A stretch of DNA of 63,070 bases, filler included, from Octopus bimaculoides (GCF_001194135.2; 5 parts of 5 records of this genome joined end to end with filler, not necessarily neighbours in it), one strand, 5' to 3'; counted from the first letter of the whole stretch, positions 1-12,530 are shown. The notes: generated by a model from the sequence alone, not told the origin. Numbers and translations: made by a program.

Positions 1-402
1 ATATATATATATATATATACTATTTTTGCATTTCCTGATATACTGCATATTAGATTATATTTAGCTCTAGTTTAGAGTATTGAGCTGTTTGTATCTATTA
101 CATAAAAGTATAAAGAGAATCTTGTTGTGACATGTATGTATGTATGTACAATATGTTCTTCGCGGTAGAACTCGAAGTAGATAAAGCTATAAATGATAGC
201 CTGTAAATATTGGGTTAAAAACCCTTTGGATAATAAAAAACGTCGAATGCTGCCCAACTGACTCAAGACATCTCTCACAGTTTCTAAATTCTTATGGTTT
301 AAACAGTATATATATGTTTATATATATATAACAAAATAAGAAGTTGGAAAATATTTTTGGTATTATTTTTTCACCTTTACACATGTTTCATTTACTAATA
401 AG

Positions 403-433
403 AATCGCGAAGTTGTACATGTTGGAAAAACAG
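403..433 (+). CDS. Candidate upstream coding exon (P-loop end, ..VVHVGKT) of the RERG/RASL-type GTPase; 5' boundary uncertain
   Basis: gtt gga aaa aca g|gtaaga encodes V-G-K-T and ends in a phase-1 GTAAG donor. It joins in frame (g+ca = Ala) to the 9627 exon, giving VGKT-AILVRYLTKRF. The first P-loop Gly reads gaa (Glu), the acceptor (taataag at 402) is weak and there is no in-frame ATG. Confidence 0.4.
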
Positions 434-510
434 GTAAGAAACTTCCAATTAGCTATTGTTCAGACAGAAAATCAAATATCTATCTGTCTATCTATCTATC
501 TATCTATCTA

Positions 511-576
<66 letters not shown>

Positions 577-1606
577 CATATATTTACACACACACACACA
601 CACACACACTCGTGTGTGTGTGTTTGTGTATTGTAAGATTCATTTTAACTGAGACTTTAAGTTTTGCATGACGGCTTATTCATCCAAAATTTGGTTCAAT
701 TCACAATCGAGCGAAATTCGAGTCTCCATTTTAGGATTCCTGTAAATTTGACTCTACTTTCAGTATTGAATACCGCATCAGTTAATTCTGTCTGCTGTTT
801 TTCTTAAAATTTCTTTTAAAATAGCAGCCAAAAATATGCACATATACGCGCGCGCGCGCACTTGTAAGAGGAGATTTCTCTGTTCAGATTTTTTTTAATT
901 ATATGATTTTAGGAAGTACATATTGTTTAGATTATCTGAGACAAATGGAAGCGAGCAAGTAGACATGATAAATGCTGCGACATTCAGGTTGTTTCTAAGA
1001 ATATTAGCGACGTGAATCATATGAACTTTTACCAAACCGAGTGTCGATGCCAAGTAGCGATTACGACTCGTCGGTAGTTCACCTTCTACGCAACGAACGA
1101 CGTTGCTCGGCGATATACAAATTACTCGCATTTAATGAAGACACAGTGGCAGTGTTGTTGCTGTTGATGATGGTAGTGGTGATGGTGTTAGTAAGGTAAG
1201 GATGTTGACGATGGCAATGATAATTATAATAATGATGATGATGGTGGTGGTGGTGGTTATGACACAGTATAAAGATGAGAGCTACTAATAGTTTCTTGCT
1301 GTGAATACACGTGGCTAGGCAGGTCTCTTATAGCGTACATGGAGTGTCCAATGGTTCAGAGCCCGAAGATTGCTTCAAGATTCCAGCCACGTGTCTTTAC
1401 AGCAAGAAACTATTAGTAGCTTTTATCTTTATATTATGTACATTAAAGGATATTGAGAACTTGTTATTTTACCTGAACTGAACTGTAAATTATATATATA
1501 TATATGTGTGTGTGTGTATGTGTATGTATATACGAACACAGTATTTATATGTATGTGTATATATGTGTGCATATATATAAATATATATATATATATATAC
1601 ACACAC

Positions 1607-1640
<34 letters not shown>

Positions 1641-1648
1641 GCATATAT

Positions 1649-1699
<51 letters not shown>

Positions 1700-3039
1700 N
1701 NNNNNNNNNNNNNNNNNNNNNNNNNNNNNNNNNNNNNNNNNNNNNNNNNNNNNNNNNNNNNNNNNNNNNNNNNNNNNNNNNNNNNNNNNNNNNNNNNNNN
1801 NNNNNNNNNNNNNNNNNNNNNNNNNNNNNNNNNNNNNNNNNNNNNNNNNNNNNNNNNNNNNNNNNNNNNNNNNNNNNNNNNNNNNNNNNNNNNNNNNNNN
1901 NNNNNNNNNNNNNNNNNNNNNNNNNNNNNNNNNNNNNNNNNNNNNNNNNNNNNNNNNNNNNNNNNNNNNNNNNNNNNNNNNNNNNNNNNNNNNNNNNNNN
2001 NNNNNNNNNNNNNNNNNNNNNNNNNNNNNNNNNNNNNNNNNNNNNNNNNNNNNNNNNNNNNNNNNNNNNNNNNNNNNNNNNNNNNNNNNNNNNNNNNNNN
2101 NNNNNNNNNNNNNNNNNNNNNNNNNNNNNNNNNNNNNNNNNNNNNNNNNNNNNNNNNNNNNNNNNNNNNNNNNNNNNNNNNNNNNNNNNNNNNNNNNNNN
2201 NNNNNNNNNNNNNNNNNNNNNNNNNNNNNNNNNNNNNNNNNNNNNNNNNNNNNNNNNNNNNNNNNNNNNNNNNNNNNNNNNNNNNNNNNNNNNNNNNNNN
2301 NNNNNNNNNNNNNNNNNNNNNNNNNNNNNNNNNNNNNNNNNNNNNNNNNNNNNNNNNNNNNNNNNNNNNNNNNNNNNNNNNNNNNNNNNNNNNNNNNNNN
2401 NNNNNNNNNNNNNNNNNNNNNNNNNNNNNNNNNNNNNNNNNNNNNNNNNNNNNNNNNNNNNNNNNNNNNNNNNNNNNNNNNNNNNNNNNNNNNNNNNNNN
2501 NNNNNNNNNNNNNNNNNNNNNNNNNNNNNNNNNNNNNNNNNNNNNNNNNNNNNNNNNNNNNNNNNNNNNNNNNNNNNNNNNNNNNNNNNNNNNNNNNNNN
2601 NNNNNNNNNNNNNNNNNNNNNNNNNNNNNNNNNNNNNNNNNNNNNNNNNNNNNNNNNNNNNNNNNNNNNNNNNNNNNNNNNNNGTGGTGGTGGTGGTGGT
2701 GGTGGTGGTGGTGGTGGTAGTAGTAGTAGTAGTAGTATGAAGAAGAGGAGGAGAAGAAAAAGAAAAGAAGTTGAAAGAAGAGAGAATAACAAAATCATTA
2801 CAGCGACGATGATGATGATGATGATGATGATGGTTCTCATCATCATAAAGTTAGTTTGAAGGCCATCTTTGTGGGGTGATAGGAATAAAATTGATAAATT
2901 CGCACCTATCTACTGAAGTTGCTTTTTTAAGTTTTATGATCTTTCACTGCACATTGTTTGGAAAGTTTTAAAGGCCACAGCTTTTCAAGATCTTGTGATG
3001 GTGCTCGAGAGTCTACCCTGGGCCATCCGAGTCTGAAGG

Positions 3040-3600
3040 AAATGGGTTGAGAGTATTTAGGAGCAGCATAGCTAGTACAAAATGGAAATGGGCTGAGAAG
3101 TTATTGCTGAAATATCATGCTAAAGTAGTGAATGCATGTGTTACTTCCGTCATTTATTACTTACTGTCTGTCGTAGCTGGTCTCAGTTTTCATCTGATCG
3201 GGAGCTGGAGGGTCTGCACTTTCGCTTCTTATGACAGGGACGCATTCCACTGGACAGAGAATTGATCTGCTGCAATGTCTTCTGAGTGAAGGGCTTCACA
3301 TATCGCCTCATAGTATGTAGGCATGCACTCAGACTACAGAGATTACTGGACGAGGAGAAAGTATGGTGGCTGTTTTATTTCGTGGTTTGTTTCTTTGACA
3401 GAGATGGAGTCATGGATCTGGTGACGGTCAAGACTTCGTTGCCAAATTCCCTACCTATCGGGTTATGTGGTCGGTGGAACTTCCACGTTTGCATTTTATA
3501 AAAAAACTAGTGATAGGAAAGAGTGACTACGTTCTCTGCGACACTTGACGTCTACAAATATCTATCGAGCAGCCTTTCTGGAGTTCTTTCATCCCGGAAA
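3040..3600 (+). mobile_element. Decayed L1/Tx1-clade LINE fragment (region C-terminal to RT)
   Basis: Frameshifted peptides KWAEKLLLKYHAKVVNACVTSVIYYLLSVV, GRIPLDRELICC and RHALRLQRLLDEEKVWW resemble the Tx1-type 'LSLKGRAEV.N..IAS...Y.L' and 'RHALRL' segments as I recall them. Confidence 0.55.
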
Positions 3601-4973
3601 CTATGGACGACTTCTAGAAGTCCCTGACCTGAAGTGCTACCTGGAGGCATTGCTCGTTCGGAATAAAGTGTGTCGACTACAGTGAGCCGAGCTTGGTTGA
3701 AACGTGCACGGAGCTACGAAACTACTCTGTGTGCACTTGTTTAATTACTGAGTTTGGTTAACCTGCGGAGTTATATCGTGTGTAGGACAGAACAGATATG
3801 ACTATCGGATGGGTCCATCGTGATAATCGTCCCTCCGATTGACCGAGAAATATATTTTAGTTCACTTGCTGCAAATGGTTCATCAACTGTTTTATCTTTA
3901 AAAAAAAACCTCTCGAATGTGATATCTGTAAAAACTCTCTTCAATTTTTGTAGAAATAATTCTCGGAGAAACTGAAATATTTTGAATTTTTTTTTACCAT
4001 GACCTTAACAAATACCTTCATAAAACCAAGCATAAGTTGATGAAAATATTTTCTTTGGATCAACTAAGGAACGGATTAAATATTATGTCTTCCAGAAGTA
4101 TATGAAGACCTGGCAGATATAATAATGTACTGGGTGTTTTATTATTAATGTTAGAAAAAATTATGTCCTGCAATGAGCGTGACTCTCTCACAGGCATAGA
4201 AAGCAATAGAAAGCAACAGTACTCGGTGAATCCCACTTACATACCATTTAACATAGTATTTACTTAAAGATCTCCTCAAACATTCCATGAGTAATCGTAT
4301 TCAATTGCATTAAAAAGGATATCCGTATTAGCGTGAGACTCTTTTAAATGCACTGAAAGAGCGATGGAATTGAACAGTTTTTAATTTCCATTGTGCAATA
4401 AAACAACTTTCAAACTTTCAAATCACTTTCGGTATGCCTTTCGGATAAATTTGCAAAAAAATCTATTGTCGTGACAATAACGGAGAGGATTAGACAAAGA
4501 CCTATTGAAACAATGGCTCCAACAAAAGCTGTTCACTGCAAGTCACCAATGCTCCGAAACTGAGCCAATGTATATAGAAAGGTTTCTTAGCTCCGCATGA
4601 ATCTCGGACAAACTCGGTTGACTGCACACCATGTTTGTACTGTTTATCTTGAACCAGCAATGTCTCCCGATAGCACTACCAGACAGGTGCTTCAGAATAT
4701 TCTGGTTGGGCACTAATTTGTAATAATTCTAGAGTAGAGTTTCGATATAAATGTATTACTGTAAATCTGAAGGCACACCATTGAATAGTGTGGGGAGTAT
4801 TAGCGATGGGAATGCTTTCAGGCCAGGGATTTCTAAAAATAGTCCACAGTTTCTGGGATGAAAAGGTTCCGGTAAAGCCTGTCCAAATTTAATGAGGTAC
4901 TTATTGCTTTTCTTGATCATCAAGCTGACAGTCAAAATACAGATTCTTTATCTTTTTAAGTTCTGTTGTAATA

Positions 4974-5557
4974 CGAGGATGTTTTTTTTTTCTTCGCCTC
5001 TTCCACATCAGTAAATTCCATAGCACCAGCTGATGGCCTTCAGAGAAAGGTCTGGATCAACTTCCAACTGTTCTTTCAGTTCATGACATGCATTCAATCA
5101 TGACTGCTTTTGATCTTCTGTGAGCAAGCGAGGCACAAATTTTGCTGCAACTCTTTTCATTCGCAATTCCTCGCTCAAAATTCGTTGGCAGGTGCCCTAG
5201 AACACGCCAATCATATCAACAAGTTCATCAATTGTTCAGTGACGGTCCTCCAAGATCAGTTCATGAATTTTCATAATGTTTTCATTCGTTCGGGAGGTCG
5301 ACGGACGCTCTGAACGAAGTTGGTCTTCAAGTGACCATTCCTAAAATGTATAAACCACTCGTAAGCTTGTGTTTTGCTCATAGCAGCGTCCTTGTAAGCT
5401 GTTTAAAACATGACAACTGTTTCGGCCGCCATTTTCCGCAGCAGAAAACAGAATTTCACGGAATTACTGCATCAAGTGGCTTCTAGCGTTGGAAGCCTGA
5501 ACAACAACGGGCTTGTTCAACAGAGAAAGTTTCCGGTTGCTTTGGGTACCCCCCTCG
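4974..5557 (-). mobile_element. Internally deleted mariner element with transposase N-terminal remnant
   Basis: Minus strand reads TIDELVDMIGV..TCQRILSEELRMKRVAAKFVPRLLTEDQKQS.LNACHELKEQLEVDPDL (mariner HTH and WVPRLL-equivalent motif). Termini TA|CGAGG (4974) and CCTCG|TA (5557). Confidence 0.8.
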
Positions 5558-6439
5558 TATATCGCTGTGGCATTGTATATCTACTACAAACATAGAAAAA
5601 ATGGTCTGAGTGTTTATTTGTTTTTTTTTTCTTTGGCATTAACTTGGCATGTTGATAGTTTAGTTTGTATATGAATATGTTATAAAAGAAAATACGTTAG
5701 TAAAAAGAATATAGTAGTTTATGCATTTATAAGTAACTCAAACCTTAAAGTATAAATTACCTAAGTTTAAGGTAATGGGAATTGCTAAAACAGAAAATTA
5801 AACTAAAATCACCCATGACTTTAGAAAAGACGTAGCGGTAGAGAACAATAGATGCGCATCTCCCTCACCATTATTCGGAGCAGCGCCTTTTCCATTTTGT
5901 CTACTGGGACCATGAGGCGGTCTGACAAACTTTTGTTTAGATATTTCTCTGCTGTGAATTAGACGATATGATGATTTTAGCAGAGCCTTTCACATCATTT
6001 CATTACGCATTATTGTCTAAGACAAACATTCAAAACAGTGCTAACTTAGCAGGGTAACATAGATGAGAGAACGAGCTAGTCAACCGATTAAAAGGAACGA
6101 ACAAAAAGCGTATGCCATACAATGGCTCCATCTGCTATTTCATTCTGGAATCCCATGATTTCTCTGTAATTTCTGTTGTATCATCATAACAGCTATGCCT
6201 CGTTTACTTGTTTACAATTATATTATTATATGCTTTTTTTTTTTTTTATCAATCGATTGACTATCGTATAACCATCACTCACACACACAATAATATGTAG
6301 TAATTAAAAAAAATTGCCTCCTGTATTTTGTAGCATATATATCAACTTAATATCTTTCATTTGGAAATATGTTTCCTAACCTTTTTAACGCTATTTGAAA
6401 TTGTTCGATTCGTGTGTGAAAACTTATTCAGTCAGAAAT

Positions 6440-6642
6440 CCTTCTTTCTATAAAATATTGGTTTCAAGGCCAGCAAGTTCGGTAAACCGTTTACATCGGC
6501 TCCAATGTTCAAATGGTACTTATTTCGGGGTAGATAAAATCTGTTCAAATGGTACTTATTTCATCGACCCCGAAAGAATAAACGACGAAGTCGACCACGG
6601 CGGAATTTGAACTCAGAACACTCAGCGTTTTTCGTCGGTGCC
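6440..6642 (-). mobile_element. SINE family A (GGCGGCGAGCTGGCAGAA-headed) partial copy
   Basis: tggtacttatttcatcgaccccgaaag...gtcgaccacggcggaatttgaactcagaac is the reverse complement of the core seen at 40445, 50740 and 53575. Contains a local ~21-bp duplication. Confidence 0.75.
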
Positions 6643-7137
6643 TTCTTTCTCCAAAATATTATTAGCTATTTAAGTCTAATATAAAGACTCGTAGAAATTT
6701 CTGTTCCATTCAGGTGAAATTGTTACCGCCTGTAAACGTATATCAATAATTGTATTTTGGAGCTAACATTTGCATATCCATTATGGAATATATGAGGGAA
6801 AGAGTCAGACATTGATTGGCATGTTTCCATATTTACATTTCACCACTACTTTACCTATCAACCCAGCCATTACCATATGCAACACCACAACTATTATTTT
6901 AAATAGCAAAATTTCTACAGTTATGTAAAGTATTATATATATTACAACTGTGATATCAAAAAATATATCAAAGACGTGACAGATATGGAATGAAACTATT
7001 GGGCAGGGCTGTTTTGACGCTGGCGATTTGGCACGGCTGTCTGGACATTGGACCTATTTTGACGACTGTACTTTTTCGCATAGTAAAGGCAAACACGCGT
7101 ACGCATGCAGAAAAATATCCATACAAATAGAAAGAGT

Positions 7138-7180
<43 letters not shown>

Positions 7181-7340
7181 AAATACATTACAATATATTA
7201 ATTGAATATGATTGACATAAATACACATAGAGAGAAATATGCTCACACACATAAACAGAAAAAGAGAAAAACAGGGAGGTGGAAGGCAAGAGAAAAAGAG
7301 GAGAGGAAACAAGAGAAACATTAAAACAGAAAAGCATTAA

Positions 7341-7485
7341 AACAAGTGGTGTCAAATAAATCAGCGTCGAATCAGTGACGCCAAATAATTGGAGGTCAAA
7401 GCGTCTCATACGCTGTATGACACTGTATTGGCCCTGACTATTTGACGTCACTAATTCGATGCTGATTTATTTGACATCACACATT
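7341..7485. mobile_element. 145-bp palindromic MITE flanked by TTAA (Kolobok-like termini)
   Basis: gtggtgtcaaataaatcagcgtcgaatcagtgacgccaaata (from 7346) pairs with the reverse complement of 7439-7480 with 4 mismatches. TTAA lies at 7337-7340 and 7486-7489 at symmetric offsets. Confidence 0.65.
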
Positions 7486-7792
7486 TTAATGTTTCTCTTC
7501 GTATTTTGATTTCAAGGTCTTTTGTTTTATCATACCTTTTTTGGGTATGATAAAATAAATATCAATCACGTGCTACCGTCTGATAATAATCAACAGTGTC
7601 CCTCTCCTATATTATGTGGTCATGTGACTGCGATAGATATTGTTATTATCCCTTTGTTCGTGGCGGATGTGATGGTGGATATTATGTTAAACCATATTTC
7701 TACACTCGTTATTCCTTTTGAGATGTCCCTTTCTAATAGGGTCTATGATTGAATGTTTGAGCATGTATGAAGGTGATACGTTGGCATTAAAT

Positions 7793-8009
7793 GGTGGAAA
7801 GCTGGCAGAATCATTACCGAGTCAAACAAAATGCTGAGCGTCATTTCTTCCGGTTATTTGCTTTCTGAGTTCAAATCCCGCTTAGATCACTTTGACTTTT
7901 CATTTATTAGGGGTTAATAAAATCAAATATCAGTCAAGTACTAGGGGCGATGTAATCGACTAACGCCCACCCCATTAAGTTTCAGGTTCTTTTTGCTTAT
8001 ATTTGAAAC
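7793..8009 (+). mobile_element. SINE family A, diverged copy
   Basis: gctggcagaatc...aaaatgctgagcgtcatttc...ttctgagttcaaatccc...ggggcgatgtaatcgact. Confidence 0.7.
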
Positions 8010-8099
8010 AATATAGAAAATATTGATGTGGCGACAGAGTGTCACTCCACATGTCTTAGGATTGCAATTTGGACTTTACTGAACTATACTGTTACAAAC

Positions 8100-8256
8100 T
8101 GAATCTAGTACTTGACAGATACTTTATTTTATCGACATCAGAATGAGGAAAGATACATCTGACGTCGGCAGGATTTGAACTGAGAACGTGTAGAGCCAAA
8201 ACGAAAATTGCAAGGCATTTTATCAGATGCTCCTAACGACTCTACCATTCTACCAC
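8100..8256 (-). mobile_element. SINE family A, diverged copy
   Basis: ttttatcgac...ggcaggatttgaactgagaacgt...gcaaggcattttatc, reverse complement of the family core. Confidence 0.65.
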
Positions 8257-8413
8257 ATTAAGTTATGTTTCTGCACAATGTGTGTTAATGTTATCTGTGT
8301 TTCATACTAAATGTATATACAGCGTTGATAGGGCCAGTTACTGCAGTATTCGTCCTGATAGATTATTAAAACCATGCTTAATATGGTGGACTTTGTAGTA
8401 TTTACTAATCTGA

Positions 8414-8444
8414 ACTAGGTCGTTAACCGTCGCTACGCTGCCGG
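8414..8444 (-). mobile_element. Possible Helitron 3' terminus
   Basis: On the minus strand an imperfect GC-rich hairpin (ccggcagcgtagcgacgg) is followed 8 nt later by CTAG|T, the usual Helitron 3' end geometry. Confidence 0.35.
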
Positions 8445-8690
8445 TAACCATACTTGTTAATCATGCACGTACCTTCATAAACTGTTCAAAGTGAAAGTCT
8501 TTTATTAAAGTTTGTATTGCGTTGTCTACATGTTGAAAGACATACAGAAACACACACACATACACACAAACTATGTTTGTGCTGCGTTGTGTTGACAGAT
8601 TTGCTCTCAAAATTTCCACGTATTTAATTAAAACTTATTAGTTACCAAAGTGACAACACTATCTATTTATATATCTTTTAAACGCGCGCA

Positions 8691-8739
<49 letters not shown>

Positions 8740-8754
8740 TTTCTCTCTCTTTCG

Positions 8755-8809
<55 letters not shown>

Positions 8810-9444
8810 TGTATTTCTCACACAACAGCAACTTTTTCTCCTCCCCTTCCCTTTCTCTACACAGATGTTGTTACGGACTGACAGACAGCTTCTCTTTTAT
8901 AATATAAGAAGATTTGTTTCGTTTTGTATATATTGCTTTTTGCAAAATTCTTGATGTGAACTCGTATGTTAAAGCAGATTTTGTTGTTATATCTCGAGAG
9001 GGTTATTATACAATAATAAAGGCACGAACTGGATTTATTTCACTTCTCTTATTATTAGTCAACTAGTTAAACATTTAACCAATTAGCAAATCGATTATTT
9101 GATGAATAGTTTGGTCAATCAATCAATCAAACAGGTAGGTTCGTCAAAGCTCTTTCATCGCTCTTTGCATACCCCCTCAATGCCTACTAGAAACAGACGG
9201 ACAGACCTGAGATAAACCTGGAGTAGAGGAAGCATATCCTTGTAAGGTCACAAATGACATCGAAAGGATTTTGACGAGCTTAACTGTGGAATTTATTGAC
9301 CGAACGATTAATCCAACAATCGATCAGTTATTTTGGTTAAATAATTAACTCGTTGACTAATAGCAACAAAAGAAATAAAACAGAACCAGTTCGCGTGTTT
9401 GTTATTGACATAATGACCCTCCCAAAATACAACAAAATCTGAAT

Positions 9445-9577
9445 TTATGCTTTCTGAGTTTAAATCCCTTCCAGGGTCAATGAAATAAACTGTCAGTCAG
9501 GGTAAAGGGGTCGATTTAATAGACTAACCTCCTCGTTCCACCAAATTTCTGTATTTGTACCTGAGTTAGAAGCAATC
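9445..9577 (+). mobile_element. SINE family A partial copy, just upstream of the GTPase exon acceptor
   Basis: ttctgagtttaaatccc...ggggtcgatttaatagact...aaatttctgtatttgtacc. Confidence 0.6.
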
Positions 9578-9626
9578 GTTAAAGCCATGATTTTTTTTTT
9601 TTTTTTTTTCATTTTCTATTTAACAG

Positions 9627-9683
9627 CAATTTTGGTGCGATATCTTACGAAGCGATTCATTGGGGACTACCATCCTTTGCTTG
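9627..9683 (+). CDS. Internal coding exon of a Ras-like small GTPase, RERG/RERGL/RASL11/RASL12 family
   Basis: Poly-T tract, then tttaacag|CAATTTTGGTGCGATATCTTACGAAGCGATTCATTGGGGACTACCATCCTTTGCTTG|gtaagt. 57 bp, phase 1 at both ends, encoding (A)ILVRYLTKRFIGDYHPLL. This matches RERG ALVVRFLTKRFIWEYDPTL and RASL11 AMIVRFLTKRFIGDY, whose equivalent exon is also 57 bp as I recall. Confidence 0.9.
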
Positions 9684-9854
9684 GTAAGTACCATATCTTT
9701 TTACTTATATACATACATACATACATACATACATACACACCTATATCTTATTTGTGTAATTACATGCAAACAATCACACTCGTTTTACATAGTGCATTCG
9801 TGTATCTGTGTGTGTGTGTGCGCGCGCGCGCGTGCTTACTGCTATTTTTTATTT

Positions 9855-10079
9855 CTTTCGTTTGTTTCAGTCCTTTGACAGCAGCCTTGCTGGAGCACTG
9901 CCTTGGGGTGTTTTTGTCGAACAATTCGACCCCAGGACTTACTTTTTAAGTCCTAATACTTATTCTAGCGGTCTCTTTGCCGAACCACTAAGTTATGGGG
10001 ACGTAAACACCAGTTGTCAAACGATGATGAGGGACAAACACAGAAGAAAGACACACTGACAGACACATGCATACATACA

Positions 10080-10113
<34 letters not shown>

Positions 10114-10320
10114 ATACACACACACACACACATATATATATAGGACGAGATTCCTTCAGTTTCCGTCTACCAAATCTACTCACAAGGCTTTGGTCGGCCC
10201 GAGGCTATAATAGAAGATACTTTCCCAAGGTGTCACGCAGGGTTCCACATGGTTCCGGGACTGAACCCGAAAACAGGTGGTTGAGAAGCAAGTTTCTAAC
10301 CACACACTCACGTCTGCTTG
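9855..10320 (-). mobile_element. SINE family B (tRNA-like head, central microsatellite, conserved tail), near full length
   Basis: Reverse complement of the intact copy at 56471-56904, with central (TACA)n/(CA)n. Confidence 0.85.
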
Positions 10321-11154
10321 CAGTTATTTCCGTTCTAGTACCAAGTAATTCGGACACAGTGAAATATCTGTCTGTCTAAATTCCTAGAAAGCGGGGTGAA
10401 ACTATGATANNNNNNNNNNNNNNNNNNNNNNNNNNNNNNNNNNNNNNNNNNNNNNNNNNNNNNNNNNNNNNNNNNNNNNNNNNNNNNNNNNNNNNNNNNN
10501 NNNNNNNNNNNNNNNNNNNNNNNNNNNNNNNNNNNNNNNNNNNNNNNNNNCTCCTCGCCCCAACGCCACAAGCAGGTTGACCAAAATTGGTTGTGTTCCA
10601 CCATGAAAAGTTTCTCTGGGAGGCTTTGGGTAGAAGTGCTAAACATTACATTGTGCACTGCGTGACTCTGCGAGTTCACATTGATAAGATTGGTGTTTCA
10701 CACGGGAAAAAATCAGTATTTAATCAAGCTCTTTACATTATATATATATATATATATACATATTACATAAAACTGTGTGTATGTACATATGTGTGTGTGT
10801 GTGCGCGCGCGTGGAGGAATGTAGGTAGTTAACTATATTCATACCACTTAAAACTAAGGAGATATTTACGGAAGTAAGACGTAGAAGCAGAGACGGGAAT
10901 GATGAATCGTCCGGCTGCCCAAATAGACAGAATATTTTGTATATTTTGTAGTAATCAATCAAATGAAATCTGTTGAATCAAAAGGCACGTAGTTCCATAA
11001 ATTATCTGGATTTGTTTCTTGTTATTTTTCTATATGACGACATTTCACTTCTCTGATATACAACGCTTCAAATTTTTTTACAGCAACTTAAAATCTTTCG
11101 GCGTCGTTATAATATATTGTTTTGATCAGATCACTCTTCTACGAGTAATAATTC

Positions 11155-11765
11155 TTTTTTTGCTATAGACACAAGGCCTGCAATTTGGCGGAGGGGTGCT
11201 AGTCGATTACATCAACTCCAGTACTCAACCGGCACTTATTTTTTCGACCCCGAAAGGCAATGTCAACCTTAGCAGAATTTGAACTCAGAACGTAAAGAAC
11301 TGGAAAAAAATGCCGCTAAACATTTTGACCGGCCCAGCACGCTAACAATTCTGCCAGATTGCTGCCTTTCTACGAATGTTAATTCTTTCTACTACAGGTT
11401 AAAGGCCTGAAATTTTTGTGAATTACATCGACCTCAGTATTTGACTGGTACTTATGATATCATCCCGAAATGAAAGGCCAAGTCGTCGCCAGCGGGATTT
11501 GAAGTTAGAACGTAAATAGCCGGAAGAAATGTTACTGAGCATTTTGTCTGACGCGCTTATGATTCTACCAGCTCGCTGCCTTCCTTCCACGAATAATAAT
11601 GATTTCAAATTTTGGCACAAGGCCAGTAATTTCGGGGCAGGGTGAAAGTTTATTATATTGACCCCAGTGATCAACTGATTCTTATTTTATCGCCCCGAAA
11701 GGACACAGTTCCATTGCCGCCCTTGACTTTCTACCTTGCGGCGATAAATAAAGTATCAACCCAGT
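11155..11765 (-). mobile_element. Three consecutive SINE family A copies (~11155-11370, ~11385-11585, ~11600-11765)
   Basis: Each has acaaggcc..aatt...atcgacc(t/c)cagt...cttat..(at)cgaccccgaaa; the first two also have atttgaa(c/g)t.agaacgtaaa. Confidence 0.8.
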
Positions 11766-11834
11766 GCTGGGATTTCTTCTTCTTCTTCTTCTTCTTCTTC
11801 TTCTTCTTCTTCTCTCTCTCTGTCTCTCTATCTC

Positions 11835-11866
<32 letters not shown>

Positions 11867-11870
11867 ATTC

Positions 11871-11903
<33 letters not shown>

Positions 11904-12244
11904 GGATGCGTTCAGGCCTGAAGAGCAACTATGTAAAGGCACTCTCGAGGCTAGTATCGAAACTTTACAACTTCAGCAATTAGGTCCAGGTCACAGGTGA
12001 GGGGACGTGTCCTGGTTTTTAACCAATCACCTTGCTGGAATATCACCCCATATTAGAGAATGTTCTATTTTGTTCCAGTAGATCAACGCGCGTAAACAAA
12101 TCAGAAAGCGGCACTTTGGAAACACAAGCAACAAGCGTTTCAAGTCGACAAGTTTCCTCGGCTGAAGCTCAGCCCCTAATTAACAGGAATCTTCAATTTG
12201 GACGACCAGAGCATTATTCCCGCCTCTCACGTGAAGCTAAATCT

Positions 12245-12530
12245 CTTCTGTTGGCTGGGTTCTCCGTCAGTTATGACGACGAGTGTTCTAGTTGATTCGA
12301 TCAATGGTACAGCCTGCTCGGGCACGCGTAACCTTGACGTAGTTCTCAGAGAGATTCGGCGTGACACACTGACTGTGACATGGTTGGTCCACTGAACAAC
12401 AGGTGCAACTCATATTTGCCAGCTGAGTGGTGTGGAGAAACGTGAAAATGCCTTTCTCAAGGACACAATGTGCCGCCAGGAGTGGAACTCACGACCTTAC
12501 GATCACAAACCGAATATAATTATCAACTAC
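12245..12530 (+). mobile_element. SINE family D copy
   Basis: ctagttgattcgatcaatggtacagcctgctcg...acgtagttctcagagagattcggcgtgacac matches 37985-38335. Confidence 0.7.

Noticed and set aside
1150-1200. GSGDGVSK|gtaag as an alternative P-loop exon
   Set aside because: It is a decayed (GGT/GAT)n repeat, and its phase-0 donor is incompatible with the phase-1 acceptor at 9627.
1504-2859. Long ORFs of 250-480 aa (also 17432, 20359, 33666, 47026, 49503, 61879 and others)
   Set aside because: They are read-through of N-gaps and di/tri/tetranucleotide repeats.
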